Shown: piece by piece, positions 14,149 to 27,446 of the stretch
Position numbering within the stretch: the first letter of the stretch is position 1
How the letters are laid out: every line of letters starts with the position of its first letter
Source: Lama guanicoe
Lineage: Eukaryota
Assembly (NCBI GenBank): GCA_013239625.1
Contig: MU053629.1
Coordinates: forward strand, 468,676 to 532,675
Reading direction: 5' to 3'
Length of the DNA stretch: 64,000 nucleotides
Notes under the pieces: generated by a model
What the model was told of the DNA's origin: nothing
Databases searched by the model: none
What the model saw: the letters and a program-made list of their open reading frames with translations, nothing else
Translations under genes and position numbers: made by a program

Positions 14149-15969
14149 TGTTCCTTCTCTTAGACCACAGCCCTGGATGGTTTACCCATTGGTTAGGTTC
14201 ATCCAAGAGGCTGAGGATGAGAGATTTAAAGGGATAGTTCTATCAAATTCAAGCCTGATTGATTGTTCAGCTCTTCTCCTGCAGGTTTTTTTTTTTTTTT
14301 TTCAGTCTTAAGAGCCCAGCTCATTCATGTAGTCAGGGCACCTTTTCCTTTTTATGGTGTTAACTACTTCCTCTTGTCTAAACAATTCTCCTGCTCCTAG
14401 GCCTTGAAGAACACCAGCCTTTGTTTTTACTGTTCTAACATTACCTCTGTTATTTTATCTAGAGTTTAAGGATAACATTATAATGGCTGGCTGGTATATG
14501 AGCCCTTCTGCCCCACTAGCCCTGATTCTTACAGGGTCCCCATAGAGCACTGTTACCATCAGCGCTCGGCCACACTCTGCATTGGCTGTGACATAACTTG
14601 TCCAAGTTCTCAGACCTCAAAGTGCTGGATTGCAACTCAGCTGTGTCAGATGAATACGTTATTTCCAAATTGTGGAATGGGAAGGTCATTCAGAATCTCT
14701 ACGGTGTACTTACAGGACATGGGACGTGTACTTACGGACGTGCACTCACGGAAGCACATTCTGTCCCTGATGTGTGGGCATGGAGGGCTTTTTTGGATGT
14801 CCTGCCTCCTTGGTTTTAGATGTGGGGTCTTAGCTAGGTTTCTACATCCACAGTGTTCAGTGTGCACTTTATCACAGGGAAAAAGAGGTGAGCTCTACCT
14901 GTAAATCAGAAGGTGAAATCTTCCTCTTTCTATGTGAAGAGCAATATGCCTACCTGACACACTTAGGCCATTTGTGAATCAATAAACCTAGGATTGTCAC
15001 TCTGAGAAATGGTTACAAGTTCTAAGTATAAATGGAATTCTTTAAAAAAAAAATCTGGGGGAAAGATATATCTGATTTGATTTACTCTGGAGAGAGGGTG
15101 AGTGCTTTATAACTTGCTGATTACCATAATAAAACATCTTTATTCTTCAGAGGAGCATAAAAGGACAATAGACCTTAAAGTACTAGACCCAGTGCCTTAC
15201 TCCTGTTTGGGGCTGATTTAGGGTGATTCAGTTGTGATTTGCAGAGAGACTACCAGTGGAATCTAAATTTTAAGGCTAACCTTGAAGCAGAAACCATAGA
15301 TGACCTGCATGGGGAAATTTCAATGATTTTTCTTTCCCTGGTGCTACCGCTCCCCCCTGCCCCACCCCCACCTTAGTCAGATGATAAGGAGGCAGATTCC
15401 AAGGCGGTGCTGATAGGAGTGCCTTATCTCAGAAGCTGTCTTGTTTTTATCTGTGTAAGATGTTGGGCGTGGAGAGGGTTGTTCTTTTAAGATACTTGTA
15501 CCAAGCTTGCTGGGATTTGGAAATGAGTTGACCTCTGTGCTTTGAATAGTTAATGGTACTAACAGATCTGTCGCTGAGTGGGCTCAGGTCCAGAAAAGGA
15601 CGGCTCAAGTGATTCGGGAGACAGTGCACCTGCAGTGGGAGGAGGATGCTCAAGGGATGAGGAGTCTGCAGTCGGTTTCAGACAAGAGCCTGACAGAGGA
15701 TGTGATTAAAGTCAGCATCACAGTGAAAGGCATGAGCAGGTGAGCACAAGCTTGTCTGTCAAAGAACTGAGCACTGGAATTAGCTGGGCACCTGTGGAGC
15801 TGGAGGGAGGGAGGAGCAGTGCATGGTGGGGGCTGACCGAAGTGGCTCAAGACCTCGGGGGATCAGTCAGACATCTAAGCATCTCCTAGCCATGAAGCAC
15901 TTTGGAGAGATTTTTAAAGGTTTAAGGTATGCTCTTTGTAGTCCATCTGGCCATCATCTTATTCTTTCA

Positions 15970-16720
15970 TTGGCTTGGTTTATTCAATAAACACTATTTG
16001 AGGACCTACTATGTGCTAGGCCCTCTGTTAGGCACTGGAGACTGAAAACGGATCAGAAGTATATTTTGACTCAAACTCTAGACCTCCAGCTGTTCATCGT
16101 GCAGGTACATGTAAATATTCTTCCTCAGACTCAGTGCTGACAATTTCATAATTATGTTTCCATTAAACATAGAAAATCAACAAAGCCAAAAAATGAGTAA
16201 GTGTGTCAGCCCTCAGGAAGCACTTGATAAAATGGGGAGTCGGAGACCTAAGAACCAGTCGCTATAAAATGATGTGGGTAGGTGTGCAGAGAGAGAGAGA
16301 GATGTGCGAGGCATTGTGGGAATACAGAGGTGTGGTACCCAACATGGCTTCAGGATGGGATGGGTTATCATAGAAGGCTTTCTGGAGGTGAGGAGAGGAG
16401 TGTGAGCCAAAGCCTGTGGTGTTGAGGAGGGAAGATGTGTCAGCCGAAGGGTGAGAAAATGCTTGCAGAAGGCTGGGAGCTGTCCTCTGGAACTCCGAGA
16501 TGTTCAGTGTTTCTGGGGTATTAGGAGTGGCGGCAGACTTGAGAGAGAAGAAGGCGCCAGAAGTGGTGGGCATTTCCACCTGGGGGGCAGCAGTTTGGAT
16601 TTGACCCTGGAGGAGGGTAAGCAATAGATTCACTGGTCAGAGTGCTTGATCTGCTTGGGAAGACAACATTAATACACTTGTGGGGAAGGTCACCCAGGGG
16701 TTCAGGGAGTAACAGTGCCA
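15970..16720 (-). mobile_element. L2 LINE fragments
   Basis: TTATTCAATAAACACTATTTGAGGACCTACTATGTGCTAGGCCCTCTG..AGGCACTGGAGA, AGAAGGCTTTCTGGAGG, AGTTTGGATTTGACCCTG. Confidence 0.7.
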
Positions 16721-18104
16721 AGAGACATTCATATGGCCCTCATGGAATTTATGGGGGAGGGTCAGGATTTGGAGATCTTTCCCTAATCTTGAGGCAACTC
16801 AACTCTGCTGTCTTGTTATTTGGTCCCAGTTCACTACAGAACAGAGATGAACTCTGTTCTTGCCCAGATGAAGGGAGATTCACATGCTTTAGGAACCAGG
16901 CCATGGTTTGTGAAGTCATAGTTAAGAGGTTGACTCAGATTTTCACCCGGTATTGGCGGACACCACGTGCTGGCGCTTTCCCGGCCCTCCTGGTGAGGGG
17001 CAGTGGTGAGCAGTGGGTTGCGTGGGTACAGATAAAGCAAGGGTTGCCAGCTAGATTTTTGTAGCTGGTTATGGTAACGAGGTTCATTGAACTAGTCTGT
17101 ACTGTGTATGTTTACAGTTTTTCATAGTAACTTCAAAGATGGGGAAAATGATAGCTTCACAGGTTTTCGTAATAACAAAATGGGATCTGATACTAGTGAA
17201 CCTCTCACCCCGTGCTGTGCCTGCCGATGATTGACTTGCTCTTGTTGGCTGCCATCTTGGATGAAGTTTACTTTTTCTTTCCCACTCTGTTATTTCTTGC
17301 TCTTTCTTGGCCCTCTCTTCCATTTCTGGCCTAGAATTTTGGAATTTGCCCTGTGGATTTTGGACAATCCAGCTTTTCTGGTTTTGACCCTGGACGGTGC
17401 TTGAAAGGACAAGCCGGTATGGCTTTTTTCTCCACCACGTCTTGCCTAGGAAACCACCTCTGCTCACCTCCTCAGTCCTAGGGCCACCCTGGGATCCGCC
17501 TGCTGGATTGGAGCCTGAGTGGCCCAGGTACCCCTTGTGTAGTGTGTGTGTGTGTGTCAGGGGTAGGGAGGGTGAGGAGTTGGAGGGGGCGTTGCAATAG
17601 GAAGAGAATGTGCCAAAGATGACATGATTGATAACATCCCCCTTTGTAAGGTGGATGGTTCTTGAAATGCTTTGTAAAATTTAGATTTTCCTTGAATCAT
17701 ATTTTTGTTCATATGTGTGAATGTACGGTAGTAAATATGACTTGGCATACCTGCACACATTATTATTTAGATGTTTATTATAACTTTCGGGGTATTTGTT
17801 TTCATTTTGTGTTGAGCCACAATTATCAGTGACTTTCAAGCTTTTTATGGCTTCTGGCCACTCCGGCTGCTTTGCTGAGTTGCAGATTATTTGCAATCAG
17901 TATGTTTCATATACTGGGTGAAAAGACAATTTAGAGGAACTCTGGGGAATCCTTTCCTAAGAAGCAAAGAACATTTAGGACTTGTTAGGTGCCAGTATTG
18001 TCCTGGCACTCAGCCCTTTCTTGTTCCTCATTGATGTGTAAGACGTCCTTTTGAAAGTAAATGTTACCTCCATTGTTGCTTTTCCAATGCCACACACCTA
18101 GTAC

Positions 18105-18600
18105 ATACTAGGATTCTTTTGGTTGTAAGCAAAAGAAAACCTACCCCAGATGTATTTAAACAGCAAAGGGAGTTTAGTGGGGTTTTGTGACTGAGAAATC
18201 TAGCGATGGGAGGTGCCAGAGATTCGTGTTGGAGTTAGGAGTTCTGTGTCTCCAGGACTCTTGGCTCTGCCCTCCTCTTTACGAGGGCCTCACCCTCAAA
18301 CCGCCTGCAGCTCTTGGAAGCAACTATAGCCTCAGAAGTTCTAGATCTTACAAGTGAGTGCTGCGTCCACTATGGAAGAGCCAGCAACTTTGAATCAGCA
18401 CTGCAAGTCCGAGTCTTGAAATTATAGTGTTGGACTGGCTGGGGTCATGTGTTTGCCTTAAACCAATCACTGTGGCCTGGGGAAGGGATTCCACTGCTTG
18501 GATTGACTCAGGACTTGTGTCCTGATGCTGAAGAGTGAAGTCAGCTCCTTCTGAAGCACACGTGCAAGCAGAGGCTGTTTGCTAGAAGGAAGTGAGTGGT
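18105..18600. mobile_element. MLT1-like (ERVL-MaLR) LTR
   Basis: AGGATTCTTTTGGTTGTAAGCAAAAGAAAACC..TTTAAACAGCAAAGGGAGTTTA; GGGTCATGTG..AAACCAATCACTGTGGCC. Confidence 0.6.
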
Positions 18601-18904
18601 GGGGAGGCCATTCACGGGTGTCCACTGCAGGGACAGGGCTGGGGTTTGAATGTAGCATTCTGTCCAATCCCAGAACCTCTTAATCCAAATGACCCCTCTG
18701 TTAAAGTTGCTTTCCCCATGAATGGTTATTCACTGATGGTTAATAACCTTTAGCATCAATGCTGTGTTCCTCAGAAAGCCTTGCTTGGGCCTTTGTCTTT
18801 AGCATGTCGCACCCTGGGAGTCTGGCTTGGCCTGCATCATCAATTGTCCAAAAACTCAAGATGCTCAACTCTTAAATCAGGGGGTTGGATAAGATTAATT
18901 TTAA

Positions 18905-19260
18905 GTTAATATTTACTGACTGCCTGTTACACCAGGTTCTATGTCAGGGGCTAGAGATAAAACAATACGCAGTGCACACATGGCCTCTGCCTTTACGGGC
19001 TTATTGACAGAAGATAGACATTAACTCAATAGTGAGACGGATGTAAGATGGAGTGCTGATACATGCCTGGCCCTGAGCAAATAGTTAATGAATGAGTGAA
19101 ATAATCACACAAATTTATACTTTAAAGCTGTATTCAGGGCTACTGTGGGGAGCGGTAAGGGCATCTGTAGGAGGACTGTAATGAATAAGAAAAGAACCCA
19201 GGACGGGTCCTTGGAGGGCACGTCCACATTTAGAGCCTGGGCTGCTGTGAGGGGCAGAGT
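18905..19260 (-). mobile_element. L2 LINE fragments
   Basis: ATATTTACTGACTGCCTGTTACACCAGG..GGGCTAGAGATA; AGAACCCAGGACGGGTCCTTGGAGG. Confidence 0.55.
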
Positions 19261-19499
19261 GAACTTTGAGAGCCATCTGGGGATTCTGATGGCCTAAGGG
19301 ATTCTGATGACCTTCCAGTTCTGAGAGTTAATGAGGGGACAAGACAAGTCTTTACATGCTTTTCTCTCTCAGAGCACCATAAGAGAAGTTACCTGCAGTG
19401 CTCCATGTAGTAATTGTATGTGTTCTTATAGTTGGTTAATTTCCATGTGAACCTGCTCTTCTGTATGTTAAATAATTCAGATTTCTTAAAAGTGTTCCT

Positions 19500-19856
19500 T
19501 AATGAATGTATAAAGAAAGTGTGGTGTACACATATACAATAGAATATTATTCAGCCATGAAAAATAGAGAAATCCTGCCATTTATGACAACATGGATTTG
19601 ATGGCCCTTGAAGGTATTATGCTAAATGAAGTAAGTCAGAGAAAGACAAGTACTATATAATATCACTTAGTTGGAATCTTAAGAAGCTGAACTCATATAA
19701 ATAGAACAGTGGTTGCCAGGGGCTGGCAGGTGGGGGAAATGGGAAATATTTGTCAAAGGATATACACTTTGGGTTATAAGATGATTAAGTTTTGGGGCTA
19801 TAATGTATAGCATGGTGATAATAGGCAATACTGTATTATGTACCTGGAAGTTGAAA
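19500..19856 (+). mobile_element. L1MA/L1MB-type 3' region
   Basis: GAATATTATTCAGCCATGAAAA..GAAATCCTGCCATTTATGACAACATGGAT..ATGCTAAATGAAGTAAGTCAGA..GTGGTTGCCAGGGGCTGG. Confidence 0.85.
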
Positions 19857-20098
19857 AAATAATGGCCCTTGTTTCTCTAGACCTTTTAAGAAATATTGTG
19901 GAAGGTTCTTGCCTGTAACAGGTATGCACTGTGTGGTCCAAGCCCAGCTCTGTGCCTCTCTTCCCTAGTTCCCTCGACCTCCCTGAGCTCAGGGCAGCCC
20001 TTGCTCCAGACTCTCAGGACTTGTAGTCTCTGCCTCCCGTGGGGCATCTGTATCCTCAGCCATCTTTTCATAGGTGATTTCAAAAGATCATATGTAGA

Positions 20099-20275
20099 GG
20101 GGAGGGTATAGCTCAGCGGCAGAGTGCATGCTCAGTATGCACGAGGTCCTGGGTTCAATCCTCGGTACCTCCATCAACGAACAAATAAAAATAAATAAAT
20201 AATAAATAATGAAACCAATCCCATAAATAAAGAAAGAGAGGGAGGGAGGGAGGAAGGAAGGAAGGAAGAAAGAAA
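20099..20275 (+). mobile_element. tRNA-derived SINE (camelid Vic-1-like) with A/GA-rich tail
   Basis: GGGGAGGGTATAGCTCAGCGGCAGAGTGCATGCT..GAGGTCCTGGGTTCAATCC, with Pol III A box (about 20109) and B box (20152-61). The tail expands into (GGAG)n(GGAA)n. Confidence 0.88.
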
Positions 20276-22903
20276 GAGATTATAGGTGATGATAACTTAA
20301 AAGGAAGGTGTGAGGTTTATCATGTATTCCTAGAACAGCTTGTTACCAGACACCTGGGAAAAAACCTGCAGTGTGGACAGGAAGGGTCATATTTTCCTGA
20401 AAAGGACAGACATGAACTCCATAGCCTTGCAAAGATTCTAGGCTGTGATCTGCTTTGGAACATTTTTTATTTCCTGTTTCTAACTTATCTGCCACCAAGC
20501 CATCCTACACTTTGTCTTCTCTCTTTCCACCCTCTGATCATCTACTCTTCTGGTGAGAAAAACCTTTTAAAAGCAAGTTTTGAGTAGAGTTACCAAAAAA
20601 AGTAACAGTGTGATATTTCCACAGTGAGTGTCTGGAAGCAAAGGGACAGTATCATGGTAAGTTAGCTTTATTCTGGTTTTTCTTGCTCCTTATCAGTTGG
20701 GGCAACATACTCATTGCATTAATAGCCTGAGTCAGTGGAGATGAGGAGATGACCTCAGGGAATAGTTAGTTCACTATGTGTATTATGGGTTTGGTTTTTT
20801 TTTAATTGACTGATGTGTATAGGCAAAGTGAGGGCTGAAAAACAGTATGTTTCTTTGATCTTCCATAAATTGCTTGTTGTAATAATGATTAAGGTACAGG
20901 GGATGGGGGAAGCCCACAGTCTTCTGTACAAAAGGAAAGGGTGGGGAGAAGGTAGGTTATTAGGGTAGGAAACACTTCTAGTGAGGAAACCTCTTTTTAA
21001 CTTTTCAGCTGCATAGTATGTCTTATCCTGCTCTGTGCGCGTGTGCACGCGTGCACGTGCGTATGTAGATGTGCTATTTCCCAAGTTTTCTGGCAGGCTT
21101 CCAGGCATAGCAGAGGCTGCAAATCTTTTGCAAATTTGCATATCCTTTTATGCTTAACTAAATCAATAAGAAACAATTGTTCCCTGTTCCTGGACAGAGG
21201 CCTGAAATTCGTACTGCTGTGTGTGTCCTGGGGAGCCCTTGTGCAAGCCTATCCTGGCTGAGGTGTATTGACAGCACCTTGTTCCAGCTGGGCACTCAAT
21301 AAATATTGAATGGTTACCCAGAATAGCAGCTCGAAGCTGAGGGTGTTTGTGTCCCGGGATGATCCTGTCAGTTCTCTGAATGTGCTTTGGAAAGAAACAC
21401 CAGGGGAGGACCTGGCTGTCTCCGTGAATCCCAGGTCTTCGGATTTTGTTTCCTTCCCATGTCCTGCTGGTTCTGTGAAGCAAGAGAGCCAGACATGCAG
21501 AACACGAGGTGTGGCTGGAACATTGTGGAAGTCTGGAAACTTGATGAGCGGGGAACAGCTGGTTCTGTTTCTTAGGGCAAGAACACGTCCTCTGATGGGA
21601 GGCATGGCTGGTCCTTCCTGGCAGACAGTGTGGTGGTGAGGGGGAGATGGGCACCGACCAGTCTCCCACATCTCTGAAGGGAGATCTTTCCTGACCTGTT
21701 GGTGACAAAGAGAAGCTGTTGCTGCAAACCTCATGGCTTTATTGACATAGGTTTTGGTGGGGACGTGCCCTGCAACACAGAGCCAGGCAGTTGAGCTAGG
21801 ACATGGCTGATCAGCCTCTGTTGGGTTCAGGGAGTGGATTTAGAAGTGTGGACAGATTTTTGTGGTGGTGGTGGGTTGGTTTCTTCCCTTGATGGAACAG
21901 TAGCTATTTGAATTCACTCCTCTAATTTTGTCATATTAATTTTGGTTTTTTCATTTCTTGGTCCACAACAGTTACGAGCTAGTGAGATGTTTTAGAAAGG
22001 AGAAGCAGGAAAGGTGATGTTCCAGAGTGGTTTTTCAGGAGACAGTCTTCCTAACATCACTTTGTTCTAAGGTTTGCTCTTTCTGTCTAGTCACAGGAGC
22101 AGGAGAGAGGGTCCCTCTTAACAATACAGACCCAGTGAGAGTCTGGTCCACTGATAGCTCATGAAGCCATCTTGGCACCATGGACAGTATGGATAAAAAA
22201 ATCAAAACCAGGTTGGTCACTGGCCACAGAACCAAGACAGGGCCCTTTAGAACAGGAAGTGCTTTGAGAACCGTCTCTAGTAGCCACGTGGCTAATAATA
22301 AAGTGTAATTTTGAGAGCATTTATAGACTTGAGCAACTAGTAGAACAGAATTCCTCATGGTAATTATTATAATATGCAGAGACCATGAGAAGACCTGGAA
22401 TATTTCAGTTGACAAGTCTTTGATCTGTAATATTGCATTTCATTTACCAGCCCCTGCAGACCATCTATAAACCTCTTCAGAACCTATTTAAGACCCAGGA
22501 AGAAGGCAGTGTTAATCAGGGAAGAGAGAAGAGGAAGAAGCAGTATTGAGAGGATGACTCTGGGCATTGATCAAAGAAACCAGAGAAACTGCTGGTCTAC
22601 AGAGGGGAGGATTAACTGTTACTAAGCTCTCAATCATTATAGGTGTATACATGTTAGTAGAGTGTTGCTTTACTCTATAATTTATAGTGGTGATTTTACA
22701 TTTTGTGCGGCAGCCCTTCCATTTCTAAACCTGTTGAAAAACACGTTCACATGCTATTAATATAGACCCCAACTGGGGCATCAAAATCCTTGTGCAGAGG
22801 GGAGACCTGTCAAGCCGCACACAAAAGGGTTGACTTTGAGTGGCCAGGATAATATCGATCCTTTGGCTTTATCAACGTCTTTGCCGCTTGTGTGTGAGCA
22901 TAC

Positions 22904-22904
<1 letters not shown>

Positions 22905-22936
<32 letters not shown>
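22905..22936. repeat. (AC)16 microsatellite
   Basis: Perfect dinucleotide run. Confidence 0.95.
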
Positions 22937-22938
<2 letters not shown>

Positions 22939-24903
22939 GCTTCCCCTTTTCTCATATTCTTGGTTGTCATCTTCAATAGAAATGATGCTGGTTCCTGACA
23001 TCATTCTTCAACTTACTCATTGTCTCCTAACCATCTCTGTGATGGACATAAATCTCATTCTGTTTATTTTGTGTCCCTCATTTAAATCTTACGGATGTAC
23101 CCCTGGGTCCTCTAAAGGGACCTGAGGCCACAAGCACGAAAAGGGATATAAAAGGCTTGGAGGTGATCGGAGTCTTCTGTTCTGTGAATGCCTTTGGCTG
23201 TGCTTTCCTGTTTTCTGTTCTGGTGTTGCCCCTAGGATGATTTTATACAGATGTTGGAAAGGTCTGGGACTTTACTTTTTAGAACTTGCAGAGTGAGTCT
23301 GCATCTTCACTGGAAGGACTTCAGAGATCTGCCGATGGGAAGTCAGCCTGATGAATTTCTGATCTTCATCCAGCTGTTACTGCCAGTCTGCTTGTGAAAT
23401 GTGACAGGACCATGGCCAACTGTGTAACGTTGAAATGTGCTGCATCTGAAATTCCTTTCTACCCTCTACGTTGGTATGTGAAATAAGAGGGTACGACTGG
23501 CAGTCATCAAGAGGTTTAAATCACATTTTGCATTTGCCTACAGAGGATTTATTGGTTTTCTGCTAATCACAAGACATTGTACGAGGGGCCATCTAGAAGG
23601 GACTGCAAAATTATACAGAGCTTGAATTCCAGTTTGAGACTATTTGCGAAAGGATAATTAAAGTATTAGGTCAGGATATGGATGACAGCTAGTATCAATA
23701 ATGTTCTCAAGGTCAGAGCTCAGAGGAGATGAGAAAACTGTGGTTCTGGATATCTGCCCTTAGAGGGATTAGGACTCTGGCCTGAGTCTAGAAGACTAGA
23801 CAGGATTTGAATAAAAGGACAAGGGAGGAACATTTTAGGCAGGGTGATGACACACATAGGTGTGGAGGTGGTGATGGATGAGGTATGTTGGGGACGGACA
23901 GTACGCAGACCCTGGGAACAGGAGATCTATGTGTGTGCTAAGAGAAAAGGGAAAGATCAGCTTGAGAGGTAGGAGTGGGCTTGAATCATGATGCTTTGGA
24001 TAACAGAAAATCTGGGTTAGCTTGAACAGTAAAAATAACTAAGTGGTTCGTTCATGGGGAAAAAGACCTACTTTTTAAGTTGCCGACACAGTTCTCCAGG
24101 TTAGATTTCCTCACATTCATAAGATGACTGCTGCCAGCTTCTTCATTCACATCCATAACCATCAAATAAAAGACCTGAACTTTGTTCTCACTGGACCAGT
24201 CTTAACCATCAAGGCAGCCAGAGGAGTGCTGTGTACTTAGTCCTGAGTTTCTGCTCATCCCACAGTGAGTCAAAATGGGGATGAGATGGTGCTGATTGGC
24301 TTACACCAGTAAGGGTCAGCCTCTGAGCTCAGTTTGGGGCCATTAGTACCCAAATCCTGTGGCTGCTATATAGTGATTTCCCAAAGGAAAATCTAGAAAG
24401 GTAGAAGAAGTGATAGGAGGTTAGAAGGATGGGTTAACAATGAAAAAAGTTCATTCTAGCTGTAAATTATGGGCAGCTTCGAATCTTAGGGTCTGTGATT
24501 TCGAGTGAGTCTACAGTTTCTCCTGTGGGCAGATCCATTTGGGCTAATCACAACATTTGTCTTGGTCTTTGATAATAAGAATGTTTAACTTTGGCTGTAA
24601 CCATAATCTCACCCAGAAAGGTTCTTTGGTGACCAGTTTTCCTTCTCATCTCCATTATCTGTTCTTGTCCCTTACTAGGACTGCACATGCTCAATTAGCT
24701 GACTTATCTTGAAGACCCTACAGAGTGCCAAACTTGAGAACTACCTCTTCTCTTTCCTATGGGGCTCCCTGAGAGACATACCCAACTCACTCAAGAGTCC
24801 TCTGTGGGAGGTTAATCAATTGAGTCTTCTGTTTATTTTACATTAACAATCGCAAATTAGGTAAAATGCTGAACTCGAGTAGTGCCATTGACAGGCAGGT
24901 CAC

Positions 24904-24962
24904 CCATCCATCCATCCATCCGTCTGTCCATCCATCCATCCGTCTGTCCATCCATCCATCCA
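24904..24962. repeat. (CCAT)n microsatellite with a duplicated CCGTCTGT interruption
   Basis: CCATCCATCCATCCGTCTGT occurs as a 20-nt higher-order unit. Confidence 0.9.
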
Positions 24963-25270
24963 ACAGATGAGTCCCTGTTATGTGGTAGGAACCATGCTTG
25001 CCACTGGGGATGAGCCCACGTATGCTACGTGGTCCCTACCCTTGATCTCCCAGTCTGGTTGTGGAAGCCAGTAAATACATAATTCTGATTGTATGTGGCG
25101 GATGTTATATGTAGCATATTGAGGTTTAGAAAAGAGGCATTTTTCTCCACTGTATGTGTTAATAGATCACATTTCCTAGCTCAACAAGGCTGCTGAGACT
25201 GGGCTTAGAGGTTAGAGTCAGGCAATGGGAATTGTGATAAATAAATCAAAGATATAATGATGGCGTTTTC
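24960..25270 (-). mobile_element. L2 LINE fragment following a (CCAT)n microsatellite
   Basis: GAGTCCCTGTTATGTGGTAGGAACCATGCT..ACTGGGGAT..GGTCCCTACCCTT..CAGTCTGGTTG. Confidence 0.55.
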
Positions 25271-25301
25271 AGGAAGCCACAGGTGCTACTCTGTGGCGGG
25301 G

Positions 25302-25480
25302 CGGTAGTTCTTGAATAAGTGGGAGGTGGAACGGACATACAGATTCTGAGCTCTTCCATCCAAGAGCCCAATCAGTAGGTCAGGAATGTGGTCTGGGAAT
25401 TGCGTTTTAATCTCCAACATCTTGGGTGTTCTGATGCTGGTGGTCTGCAGAGTACTGGCCTGGAGTGCAGTGTGTGGGTG
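25302..25480 (+). mobile_element. MER5A-like element
   Basis: ATACAGATTCTGAGCTC...CAGTAGGTCAGGAATGTGGTCTGGGAATTGCGTTTTAA...GTTCTGATGCTGGTGGTCTGCAGA. Confidence 0.55.
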
Positions 25481-26530
25481 TGGGGCTGCAAACAAAGGCT
25501 GGAGGAGAGGGCGCGCAGGAGCCTGAGAGAGTGGCCAGGGAGGTCGCAGACGGATGGAGGAGCCTTTCTGGGTCTGAGTGGTCAGCAGGACCCTGTAGGA
25601 AGTTAAAGGCATTTGGCAGCTGAGCCTATAATGTCCAGCAGAGCATATTTAGAACAGGAAGCTGTATCTTGGCCTTATTTTTGCACAGTCGAGCTAAAAC
25701 ATCTTTCCAGAATAAAAGACTCTTGAATTAATCATTTGGCTCTCAACTGGTACAGCCAGGAATCCAGGTTCCAAACTCCAAGCGCAGTTTGTAGTCTACA
25801 AGTCTGCCTCCCATTTGGGAATTATTTACCCTTGTTGTGTTAGTATAGTGACTTTGGAATGCTCTTGAGTGACCTTAGAGGCCACTCTACAAATGGCTTG
25901 ATTCAGTATTTTAAAATATGATTGATTCAAGACAGAATAAATGTATAGTGCTAAATCCACATGAGGGGGGCAGTGGGCAGTAAGGATGTTTAGGGGGCCA
26001 GTTACATTTCATAGAATCATTAAGATTTTTAATTTTCTTTCTCGGACAGGGTGACTATAAGAACCTTCTCAAAGATCCGTGCCTTACTCTGAAAGCTGCT
26101 AGGAGTGAGCTGGGTGTTCCATCAATATACTACAATATGCTGCAGACTATCTTTTACTTTTTTATTTCCTATGCAGTGATGATTTTTACTTACCTGGTGT
26201 TAAAACGGAAGCTGAATTCTAGGCTGGTGCCATGTTTTACATTATTGTTGGAGTTTCCCTGTTCACCGTCATGAGCTCAGTAGAAATGAGTGGGGAAGGT
26301 AGTACTTTTCAGTATAGCTTATAACTGCTTGGTGTCTACAGTTGCATTTAATAAAAATTTATTAGGTAAGTTGGACAATAAAGGGCCAACCAAGGTATAA
26401 AGTAGAAGAGCTTCATCCTTCACATTTAATTATTTATTGTTTTAGGCCTTAAAGTGTATATTGATAGAAGATACAGGAACATACACTGTAAAAAAAAAAA
26501 ATGACAATAGGCCACATAGCACAGGCACTG

Positions 26531-26699
26531 TTGGCACTGTTGACATTCTGGGCCAGATAATCCTCTGTGGTTGGAGGCTGTTTTGTGCATCCCTAGATGT
26601 TTTGCAGCATCCCTGGCCTCAATCCACTAGATCCAGTTTGTCTCCAAACATTGCCAAATGTCCCCTGGGAGCAAAATCACACCTGGTTGAGAACCACTG
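26531..26699 (+). mobile_element. MER20, partial
   Basis: GGCACTGTTGACATTCTGGGCCAGATAAT...CAGCATCCCTGGCCTC...TGCCAAATGTCCCCTGGG...TTGAGAACCACTG. Confidence 0.85.
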
Positions 26700-26795
26700 A
26701 GTTAGCGGAGACCAAAAATCTTTTTGCAGATGTCTCTTGACTCTGCTGTTTAATCTTTTGAGAATTTTGTTCTTCTTAATAAAGGTAAAGACATA

Positions 26796-27446
26796 CAATC
26801 AATTCTCATTATATGCAAATTCCATATTTGCAAATTGGTTTACTTGCTAAAATTTCTTTGTAATCCTAAAATCAATACTCTTGGCCACTTTACAGTCAGT
26901 CTTGGACGTGCACATGTGCAGGGAGGCAAAAAAAAATCCTAGTCACCTGATGTATCTGTTCCCAGCTGAGGTCAAACAAGGTGATGCTGTGCCTTCTCAT
27001 TTCAGCTCTCAGACTGTAAACAAGTATCCTTTTCATGGTCTATTTAGTGCCACATTTTTCAGATTTTTGTGCTTTTTATTGGTGGTTTTGCTGTTTAAAA
27101 TGGCCCCTAAGTGTTGTGCTGCTCTGCTCTGGGGTGTTTAAGTACAATAAGGCTATAATGTGGCTTATGGAGAAAATAAGAGTGTTTTAGATAAGCTTCA
27201 TTCAGACTTGAGTTATAGTGCTGTGAGTTCAGTGTCAGTCATGTCTATCCATCTATCTGTCTGTCTTTAAACAGAACACACATGACACAGGGTTACGTAT
27301 TGATGAGCTGATGAAACTGCCATGACCAGAGGCTCACAAAAACCTAACCCTGGATTTCCCTTTGGAGCGATAGCTGGGGATTGACGAATTCTCTGTTTGT
27401 GGCGACTTTGTAAACTATAACTACTACAAACAACAAGAATTAACTT
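26796..27446. mobile_element. Tigger-family non-autonomous DNA transposon (MER82-like)
   Basis: About 650 bp with imperfect terminal inverted repeats (CAATCAATTCTC / AAGAATTAACTT) flanked by TA dinucleotides. Internal CCCAGCTGAGGTCAAACAAGG...TTTAAAATGGCCCC matches recalled MER82. Confidence 0.75.

Noticed and set aside
20099..20172. tRNA gene (likewise at 14075-14148, 30980-31052 and 54077-54140)
   Set aside because: These have A/B boxes but also SINE-type tails, TSDs in two copies and degenerate stems; they are tRNA-derived SINEs.
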